Shown here in pieces: positions 1 to 11,044 of a DNA stretch of 64,000 nt. The position numbers were made by a program, and so were the translations under genes. The notes beneath the pieces are model-generated. The model did not search any database, was not told the DNA's origin, and saw nothing but the letters and a program-made list of their open reading frames with translations. The stretch's first letter is position 1, and each line of letters opens with the position of its first letter. Origin of the DNA: Phoronis australis (taxonomy: Eukaryota; Animalia; Phoronida); contig NMRA01000086.1 in NCBI GenBank assembly GCA_002633005.1, positions 1 to 64,000 on the forward strand, given 5' to 3'.

Positions 1-850
1 GCCCAGCTGCCGAAGGCAGCGCGTGGAGGCTCCCGCGCGGCACTTAAGTTGGCCCCAGCCCAGCTGCCTAAGGCAGCGCGGGCAGGCTCCCGCGCGGCAC
101 TTAGGCGGGCCCCAGCCCAGCTGCCGAAGGCAGCGCAGGCTAGCTCCGGCGCAGCACTTAGGCGGGCACCGGCCCAGCTGCCGAAGGCAGCGCGGGCAGG
201 CTCCGGCGCAGCACGTAAGCGGGCCCAGGCCCAGCTGCGAAGGCAGCGCGGGCAGGCTCCGGCGCAGCACTTAGGCTTGCCCCGGCCCAGCTGCCGAAGG
301 CAGCGCGGGCAGGCTCCGGCGCAGCACTTAGGCGGGCCCCGGCACAGCTGCCGAAGGCGGCGCGGGCAGGCTCTGGCGCAGCACTTAGGCGGGCCCCGGC
401 CCAGCTGCCGAAGGCAGCGCGGGCATTCTCCGGCGCGGCACTTAGGCGGGCCATAGCCCAGCTGCCGAAGGCAGTGCGGGCAGGCTCCGACGCGGCACTT
501 AGGCGGGCTCCAGCCCAGCTGCCGAAGGCAGCGCGGGCAGGCTCCGGCGCGGCACTTAGGCGGGCCCCAGCCCAGCTGCCGAAGGCAGCGCAGGCAGGCT
601 CCGGCGCGGCACTTAGGCGGGCCCCAGCCCAGCTGCCGAAGGCAGCGCGGGCAGGCTCCGGCGCAGCACTTAGGCGGGCCATAGCCCAGCTGCCGAAGGC
701 AGTGCGGGCAGGCTCCGGCGCGGCACTTAGGCGGGCCCCCGCCCAGCTGCCGAAGGCAGCGCAGGCGGGCTCCGGCGTGGCACCTGGGCGGGCCCCAGCC
801 CAGCTGCCGAAGGCAGCGCAGGCGGGCTCCGGCGTGGCAGCTGGGCGGGG
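1..850. repeat. GC-rich 57-bp tandem repeat, about 15 copies, truncated at window start
   Basis: Unit gcccagctgccgaaggcagcgcgggcaggctccggcgcggcacttaggcgggcccca recurs at 1, 58, 115 and onward with point variants. Nearly every unit contains the hairpin GCTGCC-GAA-GGCAGC. Confidence 0.95.
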
Positions 851-899
851 GCCCGTTGCCGTTGCCGCTGCCGCTGCCGCTGCCGTTGCCGTTGCCGTG
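851..899. repeat. (GCCGTT/GCCGCT)n hexamer microsatellite
   Basis: Direct reading: gcccgttgccgttgccgctgccgctgccgctgccgttgccgttgccgt. Confidence 0.9.
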
Positions 900-2197
900 A
901 ATCGTTTTATCATTGTACACAAACGTGTTGTTGGTTATTTATGTCATCCAGTGGAATATCCTTCAGCTGTTTATTGTTTTGTAATCAAACCACGTTTGAA
1001 CATTCTGACGGCAGTCACTTAATCTAGACCCCTGAAGCTCATGTTAATCTAATGCATGCTATATTGCCACATCTACCCTTGCGACTTTTTCGTTAATTCT
1101 ATATAGGATCTTATGGGTATAGAGTAATATGATAAACGTTATTGCTGAAATACTTTGAATACATGTGACAGTAGAACATAAAAATTTGACCGTAAGAAAC
1201 TAACGCTTGAAATTTAACTTTATTGTAAGTTTTACAAAAGTTAACCTATACTAAAATATGTGAATATATAAACCCTAATACAAACTGCACAAATACGGAT
1301 TTTAAAACAAAACTTAAGATCGGATTCATTCATGCAATGACAGTAGAAATGTCTCCGAGATCACATCAAATTCTGTAAATACGTTTGCGCAGAGTCTACA
1401 TACAAAACTGAGCATCAAAAAGTACATACAGTACTGGTACTTTCATATTTAGGAAAACCTATGGAACGCTTGATCACATAACGATATGAGATATTAAACA
1501 TGTTGAAATTCTATCAACCGGCGGGCAGTATGCATTGGAGCACAGAAAGAGATACGCAACTGATTTTGACAGGGAGACTACACATATAGAATTTTTTAGT
1601 TATAGAGTAGGCTTGGACATATAGCTTTTTCCGTCTTCGTGAGATGTCATAGCCATCCATAGTGAAACTAATTATAATATGACCAAATATGCAATCTCTT
1701 GTACAATCTTTAAAGGATCACCACTTTAATATAAGTTGTGCAGTACAGAAGTTCCTAACAATCTACTTTCAAAACACATAACAGTACCCTTGATAATGAT
1801 ATTCAAGTTCATGTGGTTTACCATAATGCCCACATACTGCAAGAAGTTCAAAAATATCATTAAAGGCGAAGGCAACCTTTTTCCATGTCATTTTGAGCTA
1901 AAATAAGGTTGGTTGTTTATCCTAGACATATTTTCCACTAAATTACAGCTTTTCGTAATTTTATTAATTTCTCGTCCGCTACTCCGGAAGTGACGTTTTA
2001 GGAGGCAAGCGTTTCCCGCCACTTGGTTTTGAGTTGACTTTACCGTGCGAATCTGTTCTATTCTACTTTTGTTTTGTGTTGTTTTCCAACAATTGTCGCC
2101 ACCACTTTCCATCGGCGAGTATTCTGCGGCAAGATAAGTTAGTAGAGAACTCAACTACGTTGGATTTAGGGAATGTTTAGTGTGTTGTAAGCTGTAA

Positions 2198-2485
2198 ATG
2201 GCTGGTGTCGGTGACCCGTATCACAGTGACAGTAGTGTGAGTGACGGAGACCTTGTTCACAGCAGTGGTGACGAGGAATTTTTTCACGGACATTCAGTGG
2301 GTGGGTACATGTTTGAGTCCGAGAGTAACGACGCAGAGTACGCACAGGCACAGGCAGCTGTTGAGAGAAACGGCTACTGAGGACAGACGTGGTGACACAT
2401 CTTGGTGCAAATGCACTGTGTGTGTTGTTATGCCTACCTCAATGGAATGCTTGTGCTGTTCAGAGTTCGACGAGGCCAAGCCACT
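2198..2485 (+). pseudogene. Accessory ORF remnant (KolX-like) with P2X7-C-terminal/Nanor-like Cys motif
   Basis: MAGVGDPY...GYMFESES, then a frameshift near 2365 into RRGDTSWCKCTVCVVMPTSMECLCCSEF. The WCxCxxCxxMPTxxExxCCxE pattern matches P2X7 ballast-like proteins. It is truncated at the deletion junction. Confidence 0.7.
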
Positions 2486-3256
2486 ACTGGACATGGTTAA
2501 GTGGACCTCCGGCATACCACGGACGGAGGAACAACTGTCCCACTCAGTTGCCAGAGTCTCCGCGACACACTCCACTAGATGGTGACCTGAGCACCCAAAC
2601 TGCTTACATCGTATCGTGTGACTCCCTCGCCACACACCTAACACCTTCTAAATAGACAAGTCCACAATAAACTTATCAAAGTTTGGCTCACGATCTGTTC
2701 ACTGAACGACAATCTGTCCTCTCCACTGGGTGTCGAACTGGGCCTGTAATCACTCCCACAACTCAATATCGCTGCAGGGCTGCTTAGAGGCTCTGGGCTG
2801 GTGAAAACAGCACAGGGCGAATCACTACTGGTTCCAGGAATTGCACGCTCTGGGGTACGTTCGGAGGCAAGGGTGACAGTAGATGAAGTGCTTCCACTGG
2901 CTCCAGTTACTGTACTGGCCACAGCTCGCAAAGCTTCTCGCCTCAAAAACGCACTTCTCGGGGGTGGCGACGAGGCACTCCCGGGAATCAACACAGACGG
3001 AATGGCATCCTTCTTCAGGCGTTGTTTCGCAGGGACCTTCATCAGTTCAGCGTACAAATCCCTTTCGTAACTGGAGGGCAGAAAGTGCTTGCCACACACA
3101 CGGTAATTCTCCACTGCTTTGTACGTTGCGTGGACGGGTAACGCTGCGTTCTCCACATGAACGAGCCAAGTACGGCGGAAAGCGAGGCAAAGGTACTCCC
3201 AAAGCGCGCGTGAGCCGATAACTAGTACATTCCGGTACGCAGCAGCAGTGTGGCAT
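2486..3256 (-). pseudogene. THAP-domain transposase N-terminal remnant
   Basis: MPHCCCVPECT...RFP, frameshift, RRTW...RVCGKHF...RLKKDAIPSV gives the THAP C2CH motif plus an AVPT-like box. Further on come LFRRC and WDSCSSVRGMPEVHL; the catalytic region is missing. Confidence 0.85.
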
Positions 3257-3996
3257 GTTGACTGACTAGTAAATGAAAGCAAACGAGGACGGAACTTAAC
3301 ACAACCGAGGTAGAACAATTTCTGACTCGGCAGCTCTCACTGTCAGACTATATGAAAAGAAATTTGCGCGAAATGCTTGACTCCTAAAACGTCACTTCCG
3401 CAGTAGCGGACGAGTAATTAATAAAACTACGAAAAGCTGAAATTAAGTGGAAAATATGTCTAGGATAACCAACCAACCTTATTTTAGCTCAAAATGACAT
3501 GGAAAAAGGTTGCCTTCGCCTTTAACTGAGGGTAAGAACAAGATCTTCGGCATACATAAGATGATTGACGTACACAGGAGATATGACTACACAGACAATT
3601 ATAGAGTCACTCAAACATAATAGAAGTCCAACCATGTCCACATTGAAAATGTTGCCCAATAGTATACCATCTTGTCTAACGCCATTTGAAGCTTTGAAGA
3701 ATGTTGACTGGAACAGGCTTTTTCAAGACAATTGGTGGAGAATATTCGAATAAAAATTCTTAGTTTGCTTCGATGCATTATTAACCGTCTTGTTAGCCAA
3801 GGAAATTCAGGTCAATCAGCTTTAAGGAAGAAATCCCCACCTCTAGTTATTAAAATGACGTCATGAAATCTTGAGACTGTTGTGGATCGTGTTTGTGGTA
3901 CTGCAGGAAATTTGGTGCACTGTAACTGGTTGTGACGCCGTGGTCCCGCATGTTAATGATAGACAAGTCAATCAAAGTCCAGTGGTTTAACGACTG

Positions 3997-4804
3997 TATG
4001 GGCAGCGAAAAGGTTCAAAATAGACAACACTGCCAAATAAACAAGTTACTTTTTAAACAGACAGGTTATTTGGTTCAGTTTTGGCAAACAGACAGGTTAT
4101 TTGGTTAAATTTTGACAAACAGACAGGTTATTTGGTTAATTTGCGACAAACAGACAGGTTATTTAGCGAACGAACAAGTTAGTTGCTCCGAACAGACAGG
4201 TTACTCGCGCCGAACGAACAGGTTACTTGTCGAACGAACAGGTCACTTCTACCAAACAGACAGGTTAGTCATCGAATGAACATGTTGGTCTTGCCAAACA
4301 GACGTAGTACTCGAACAGACAGGACAGAGGGCGCTGTCCCAACTCAAGAAATAGTTGACGTCACGAAGTCATGAGCCCCGCAATGAGCACAAAAATTCCA
4401 AAAAGTTGTTTTGGTGGTCTGTTGCAGTGGAGAATTTCTTTCGTAGGACTGTTCTCAATTTGTCAACGACCATTCTTAAATAAATTTATGGAATCGTGAT
4501 GTGTTTGCTTGTTTAAACCAAGCTGCCAAATGCTAGATTGAACTGTTCACGAACACGAACACGTACGTAAATAAGTATTCAAAGCTTGGTTCGGCCACCC
4601 CGCCAATTAATTGTTATTCCATAATTTGAGGTCAAACCGTTAATATTATGACCTACAATCATGTGTGATCAGGTTTGTTACTTTAGCATTCTTGACCTGT
4701 TTATTTGACGAATCACTTGTCTGTTTAGCAAACCACTTGTCTGTTTGTCAAACCACTTGTTTATTTGGCGCTGGTGTCTATTTTGAACCTTTTCGCTGCC
4801 CATA
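3997..4804. mobile_element. Non-autonomous TIR element, IS3EU-like
   Basis: TIRs of ~50 bp: TATGGGCAGCGAAAAGGTTCAAAATAGAC... and ...GTCTATTTTGAACCTTTTCGCTGCCCATA. Exact 6-bp TSD CGACTG at 3991-3996 and 4805-4810. Subterminal aaacagacaggtta repeats at 4055-4325. TAY..RTA ends with a 6-bp TSD fit IS3EU. Confidence 0.8.
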
Positions 4805-5584
4805 CGACTGGCAAAGACACTGAAATTAAATAAAGCCATTAAGACTAAATGAAATTAACATCCGAGAAGGAATGTAACACAGATCACCCGAAATGAAATT
4901 ACAAAACTACCAGTCCTCTGCTCCGCAGATTTAGAGACTATGCCCTGAAACCAGGTGTGAAACCGTGTGCAAGAGCAAAGTCGGATATCTGATTTTTCAC
5001 TCATCTCATGATGCACGACCTCACGGAAGAGGCAACTTCCGGGATTTTTTACCTTTCCGACTTTGGAGTTATTTTGTCTAGGTGGTTCAGGGACATCTTT
5101 GCTTCACTGCCACTGGTGGCGAAGTCACTGTCCTACTTGTCCAGGTCCTTTATGACTCAAAAAATAACGTATACATTTCTCCCAACTTTGAAGGTTTATA
5201 TCTCTAGCATTTGTGTAAAACTTTCAAATATTGTGATCTAAACACTGTTCACAAAACGACATTAAAATAATTGTATTTTAGTGCCTCTCGAAATGACCAA
5301 GAAATCTTCGGTAATGTACACTGCGATATTGCATTTATTTACATTTTTCCTTTACCGCTACTACAATCATGCTGCACAGCCGTCGATGACAATAAGTCAC
5401 GGGTTTCTGGGCTCATAGACCTTCAGACTAGTTTCGAACTAAATAGCTTAACTTCCTGTCGGATTGGTGAGCCTTCGGCCTTACAGGGCCTTTTTAAAAC
5501 ATTTTAATAGTCGCATAATTTGCCTTCAGACATGTTAAGCTTCGGAGTATCGAGCTCCACCTTATTTATTATAATGCACTATGA

Positions 5585-6782
5585 CTGAGTTTTGCTGTTC
5601 TACGTATCTTATCTTCTTATTATTACTCTGCGCGTGTAAGCGCAGACTACTGTTGTTCCTGGGTTTTCTTCAATTTTATTCTTCTTATTACTCTGCGCGT
5701 ACTGTTCTAAGTATATTATCTTCTTATTACTCTGCGCGTTCAAGCGCAGAGTTTTTGCTGTTCTACGTATTTTATCTTCTTATACTTATTCTTCCTCCCT
5801 TTTCAGCTTGTTATTACTCTTACATCGATTCACTTAAAACAATCATATTCACTGTGATTAATACGATAGTTAAGGGATTTTTATTGGTTATATTTTTTAC
5901 CCAAAATGCACCGGAATGACCTGAAACAGGTCAAGGAGTGCATTCTGTCAAAATGTTTCTTCTTCTACAGGTTTTTATATAGACTCTTTGAACTTTGTTA
6001 ATAAGTAGGGACTAAAGTAGTGCATAAGAAATTTACACGGATTTCCAATCGGACCAAGAGAACTGAGTTTCTGGGTCAAAGGTCATTAGGTGCAAAAGTG
6101 ATTTTTGAGCTAGACCTTTCATATTCATGCATGTGGCTTCCAGTCACACAAGAAGTTCAGTCACAAACTTTGGGGTCATTACGTGCAACTTTGGGGTCAT
6201 TAAGTGCAGTTTTCTCTTAAATAGACTTTTTCAACCTTCTCGTTCTTACATTATTCATTATCGAGAGGGTTCATATTCATGGTGGCAATGTAATTCTATT
6301 GATTACTTGGGTTTGACTCAAAATGCACCGGAATGACCCGAAATGGGTCAAAGAGTGCATTCCGTCAAATTGCTTCCACTTCTACATTTTTAGATAGACA
6401 AAGAAGACGCAGATACTAGAGAAGTGCACCCGAAATTTACGTGGTGTTAAAATCGGATAATGGGAACTGAGTTTCCGGGCAAGGGTCATTAAGTGCAAAA
6501 ACATTTTTTGAGCTAGAGCTTACATAATCGGGTATATACTTTTCATTCGTAAAGGAAATTCACTCACAAACTTTGGGGTCATTAGGTGCAAATGTGGGTT
6601 CATTTGATGCAATTTTCCGTTGATATTCTTACTTTTCACTCTTGCTCTCATAGTTACCAGGGACATCGCTCCCTTTCACACAAAGGCTGCAACTTTTATG
6701 CAATGTAATGCGCCTATACTTCACTATGCATGTGCATACACCCCGCATAGTTGTAAGTGCGCATACGCAATTGCATTCTAGT
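5585..6782 (+). mobile_element. Helentron-associated (HINE-like) element, family 2
   Basis: 5' hairpins actctgcgcg..gcgcagag with a (TTATTC/TTC)-rich microsatellite, an internal ~420-bp duplication (caaaatgcaccggaatgacc at ~5902 and ~6319), and a 3' end gcaattgcattctagtt. The segment is absent from the homologous site of other array copies. Confidence 0.6.
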
Positions 6783-8082
6783 TTTAGTCTCCGGTTGTTA
6801 ATTTTCGCCTTCCCTCCTTCTTGTTCCGTTTTGGTTATCCGTGGGCTGCGTGGTATCGTTGTTGCGTGGGTATGGTGATCAAATATAAAAAAGTGCATTA
6901 ATAAAATTTACAAACAATCGAGATATCAACTAATGTTTTTAATTTGCCACTCCCATATTAATTGAGAAATCCTTGTCTGTGCCACGGCAGAAGTCGATCA
7001 TGGGAACCACTGTTCAGCTACTTGTGGCATCTGCAAAGGAATTCACCATTGAACCTTGAACCCGGAACGTAATTTGGATTCAGCCATGCTATTTTTCTTA
7101 GTATGTTATGGCTTGTGTTAGTATGTTAGTGCAATTGTTAGTCGTTATTAGAAATAGCATTAGTGTCAGTGCAAATGTACCAGTAAGACAAGTAACAAAC
7201 CTTTAGTCCAAGCCAATAGTAACGGATTTGATAGATACAAAGATCCATCCATTTGAAGTACATGTGTGTCATCACCTCTCAAATACTAAAACATGAGTTC
7301 AACCTAAAGTACAACAAAAATACAGTAAACACTTAAATCTTATTACAATAATCTGGACATAACACATTTGTCACAGGTAGAGAGCTGTAACTGCAAGTGT
7401 CAGCGAGACCAAATTACATTCAGTAATGAAAGTTATATAACTCTATCGTCCCCTATATGTCTGGTAAGACCGCATCTCATGGGCGTGCCTTCACGGAAGA
7501 GGCAACTTGCTGGCATCTTTTTAGATTTCCGTCTCTGGTGTTATTTTGTGTTGGTGGTCCGGTGACATCTTTCGTTCACTGCCAGTGGTTGAGAGGTCAA
7601 GGTCCTGCTTGTTCAGGTTCTGTATAACCCTCGAAAATAGCTGTTCAGATTTAGGACAAATGCCACATACTATAATCTAAACACCTATCACAACACAAAA
7701 ATGAATTGATCATAGTTTACAACATCAACTGGGTCTCTGTGATCACTTCCCGAATATTTTTATCAAATATATTTCGATTATGCTATATTGATACCAATCT
7801 ACAATAAGGTTAAAAGGAAATCAACCCATAACAAGGGGTAAAAACATACGACCTCAATTTTAAACTAGAGGTGAGAAAGAGTTGGCCCAAGTTTTGAATT
7901 CCCGGTATTCATGGTTCCCAAGTTCTGCAAGTCCACAAATACATAAATCCGAAGATCCGCACAAATCCTGAAGTCCATTAGTTCGAAAGCTAAAAGTTCG
8001 AAATTTTATGACACGAGGTTCTGAACAGTGACTTTCAGCAAAACGTTCGGGGGTTTGTAAGCACGTGCCTGTTTGAAACCAG

Positions 8083-8214
8083 GGCCCGGTCTCTAATTTT
8101 TGTACTCGAGCATAGAATAATAGACACTTATCTTGAGTTCGCCCAAAAGTAGAGTAGAAAATTCCAAACCTAATTTCGAGTTCCATTTCGAGTAAAAAGA
8201 TTGGAGACCGGGCC
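8083..8214. mobile_element. 132-bp PIF/Harbinger-like MITE, deletion derivative of the copy at 56666-57066
   Basis: TIR GGCCCGGTCTCYAAT and 3-bp TSD CAG. The empty site gaaactagtt is visible in the paralogous array copy near 13471. Confidence 0.85.
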
Positions 8215-8936
8215 CAGTTCTTCAAAGAGCCAGTGTCTCTGAGAAGGATCCAAACAAAAATTTTCAATTAGCACTGAGCTGTCGCTTTAATTTACATTTT
8301 CATATTTCGGTTCACCGAAACTAAAATTTTGCTGCTCTGCTGTCGTTGAGGTTTTGTGGTATCATAGATGTTCGAACCAGTTTTGAACTAACTAGCTTTC
8401 TTTTCGGCCAGATAAGGCTTTTTTAAGAACATTTTCAATAGACGTATTTTGGGTGTCAGGACTTCAGAACCTTCAGAGTGTCGAAATGTACCCTATTTAT
8501 ACTAAAGCTGTATGAAATGCAAGAAACGTTGGATCACCTTCGTCTTAAACCCTTCTTCTTCCGTTTTTGGTATCCGTGGGTCGCAGCATATCGTTGGAGT
8601 ATGGGTATAGTGTGTAAATAGACAAAAACTTGTGTAATAAAACTTTCAAGTAATCGACAAGTCGCCTGTTTTCAGTTTGCCGCTCGGATGCTAGTTAAAA
8701 AATCCTCGACCCTGTGTCGGCAGAAATCGACCACGGGAACTACTGCTCAAGTCCATCTGGTTGTGGCATCTGCAGAGGAATTAAAAACAACACCATTCAG
8801 CATGCATTTTGAGACCTTGAACTTAATTTTCGTTTTTTCATGCGCCCTCACGGAATAGGCAAGTTGCTGGGGGCGAGGTCAACTTCTGTATGATCTTTAA
8901 TGTCTACATTTCTCTAACAAAAGGTTTATATCCCAG

Positions 8937-10685
8937 ACAAGAGCAACGCGGAGCGTTGAAATGCGCCCACGAACGCATCGCAAATGGTGTGCTTTTAGGG
9001 TTCTTTATTTGTATCATAAAAATTGCCACTAGCTGGGGCAAAAACGTACAATCCATCTAAAAACGGGAACATTCCACTTTTCATAAAAATCTTTCAAGGA
9101 ACTTCAGAGAAACAAAGGAAAACAGAACAAAATGAAATTGCCACTTGTAGGCACAGTGTCCGTTCCATCCGCCTGAAAGTCGTCGTCTGTTATCTTCATA
9201 TAAATTCATTTACTAAATTTAATAAGGATCCTGCAGTGGGTTTTGGAGATACAGCTAGGGGTGCAAAACAAAACAAAACTACCACTAGGAGGCGCCACAG
9301 TAGTCAGTTGCCATCATCAAACGTCCTCTTCACACTGAAAACATTTACGCCAATTTTCAAAACCATCCCTAGAATGCTTCAGTTGAGCGAGGGGTAAACG
9401 CCAAAAAAAGGTTTGAAAAACAGCAAAAATGGCCACCAGGTGGCGCAAAATACCTCGATTCCATCCAAAAAAACAGGGTGATAGCGTCATCTCACCAACA
9501 GATGCCTATATTCAAAAAATTTATGAAAATCTGTTGAGGACCTTTGAAAATACAGACTGATAAACGTAAAAACTAAAATTGCCACTAGGGGGCACACCAG
9601 TAGTCAGATCCGTCCGAAAGTCGTCGTCGTCCAGTGTTAACATCATATAAATACAACTGCTAAATCAAGTAAAGATCCTTCAAACGGTTTAATAGATACA
9701 GTCGTGAGCGCAAAAAATGCCACTAGGAGGCACCACAGTAGTCAAACTCGTAGGAAAATCGTCAATCGTCTACTTCATAGTAAGAACATACATGCAAATT
9801 TTCACAATTATCCTGAAAGCGGTTTGGTTGACAGACGAGTGGAGGCCAAAAACACAGACACGAAAACAGTCAAAATGACCACTAGGTGGCGCAAAGTAGA
9901 TCGAATTCATCTGAAAACAGAGAGATAGCGTCAACTCATTAACAGATGCCTGTATGCCAAATTTTATGGAAATACATTGAGGACCTTAGAACATACAGAG
10001 GTAAACGCAAAAAAATAAAATCGTCACTAGGTGGCCCACCAGTAGTCAGATCCGTCTGAAAGTCGTCGTCCTCCGTTGTTAACATCATGTAAATACACTT
10101 ACTAAATTTAGTAAAGATCCTGCGAACGGTTTAGAGGATACAGCCATTAGGCGCAAAAAAACTGCCACTAGGAGGCGCCACAGAAGTCGAAGTCGACGGA
10201 AAATCATCTTCAGCCGTCCACTTCATAGTAAGAACATACATGCCAATTTTCACAATCATCCTTTGAGCGGTTTGGTTGATAGAGAGGTGGACGCAAAAAA
10301 CAGATACGAAAACAGTAATGGCCACTAGGTAGCGCAAACTACGTCAAATCCATCTGAAATCGGAAGTATAGCGTCATCTCACTAATAGTTGCTTATATAT
10401 CGAATTTTAGGAAAATCCGTTCAGGACTTTTGAATACCCAAAGGTAAACGTAAAAAACTAAAATTGCCACTAGGGGGCACACCGGTAGTCGGATCTGTCC
10501 GAAAGTTCACTCATGCCGTCTCATCTACGGAAGGAAAGTGCAAAATTTCATGAACATTCGTCAACAAAGACGTTTTGGAGATAGAGCAGCGGATGCCGGA
10601 CGCCGGATGGCCGCCGGGACGGCCGCCGGGACGGACGCCGGACGGACGTCGATGGCGGCATAATGCGTCTACATATAAGTATGTT
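8937..10685 (-). mobile_element. HINE (Helentron-associated) element, family 1, with internal ~148-bp subrepeats in a ~443-bp higher-order period
   Basis: One end reads acaagagcaacgcggagcgttgaaatgcgcccac (hairpin plus subTIR). There is a (GGAC/GGACGCC)n microsatellite at 10590-10650 and 11 CCACTAG.GGC-type motifs mostly 140-155 bp apart. The other end is truncated. Confidence 0.8.
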
Positions 10686-11044
10686 GAGGGACTGTGCGCT
10701 GAAACAGGTGTGAAACAGTGTACATGAACAAAGACAGAAGCCTGGATGACTGGCGAGTAGATTTTTCACTTTGCTTTTCCAAATCAAACAAGTGTTGGGT
10801 AAAGTTTTGATGGCTCATAGAATGCATAAAGTTAAACATGTAATTATATCCATGACGTTTACAGCTGAACGTCAACATACCTTTTGGCTCTGGTGTTAAT
10901 CGTGTAAGTGGTACTGCGACACCTTTGGTACACTGTCACTTCTCGCAACGTCAAATGATCTGAATTGAAAACTACAAGTGAGATAGAGTGTGGGTAGAAG
11001 GTATGAAACCACGATGTTCGAGGGTTTGAACGTTTACAATTCCA

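Larger units (their letters stand above)
1864..3521 (-). mobile_element. Kolobok-type DNA transposon, internally deleted and non-autonomous
   Basis: TTAA TSD at 1860-1863 and 3522-3525. Imperfect TIRs of ~155 bp begin AGGCGAAGGCAACC. The interior holds a minus-strand THAP/transposase remnant and a convergent plus-strand Cys-rich ORF remnant. RR termini, TTAA and THAP fit Kolobok. Confidence 0.85.
1205..3725 (-). mobile_element. Decayed 5'-truncated non-LTR retrotransposon (RTE-X-like RT fragment), interrupted by a Kolobok element at 1864-3521
   Basis: Minus-strand translation of ~3700-3526 gives FKASNGVRQDGILLGNIFNVDM...VNHLMYAEDLVL, matching the RT motifs GVRQGG.LSP..FN and YADD. It resumes below 1860 with LLAVCGHYGKPH and ...YL/GHII...DISRRRKKLYVQAYSITKKFYMCSLPVK, with frameshifts and stops. 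A minus-strand AATAAA lies near 1220. Confidence 0.8.

Noticed and set aside
23-1022. Ala/Arg/Pro-rich ORFs on both strands
   Set aside because: They arise from a GC-rich 57-bp (19-codon) repeat that is open in several frames; no domain or splice evidence.
1864-3521. piggyBac or P-element assignment, or a host THAP gene
   Set aside because: Termini are AGG..CCT rather than CCY..RGG, the TSD is TTAA rather than 8 bp, and the THAP ORF is frameshifted and inside TIRs.
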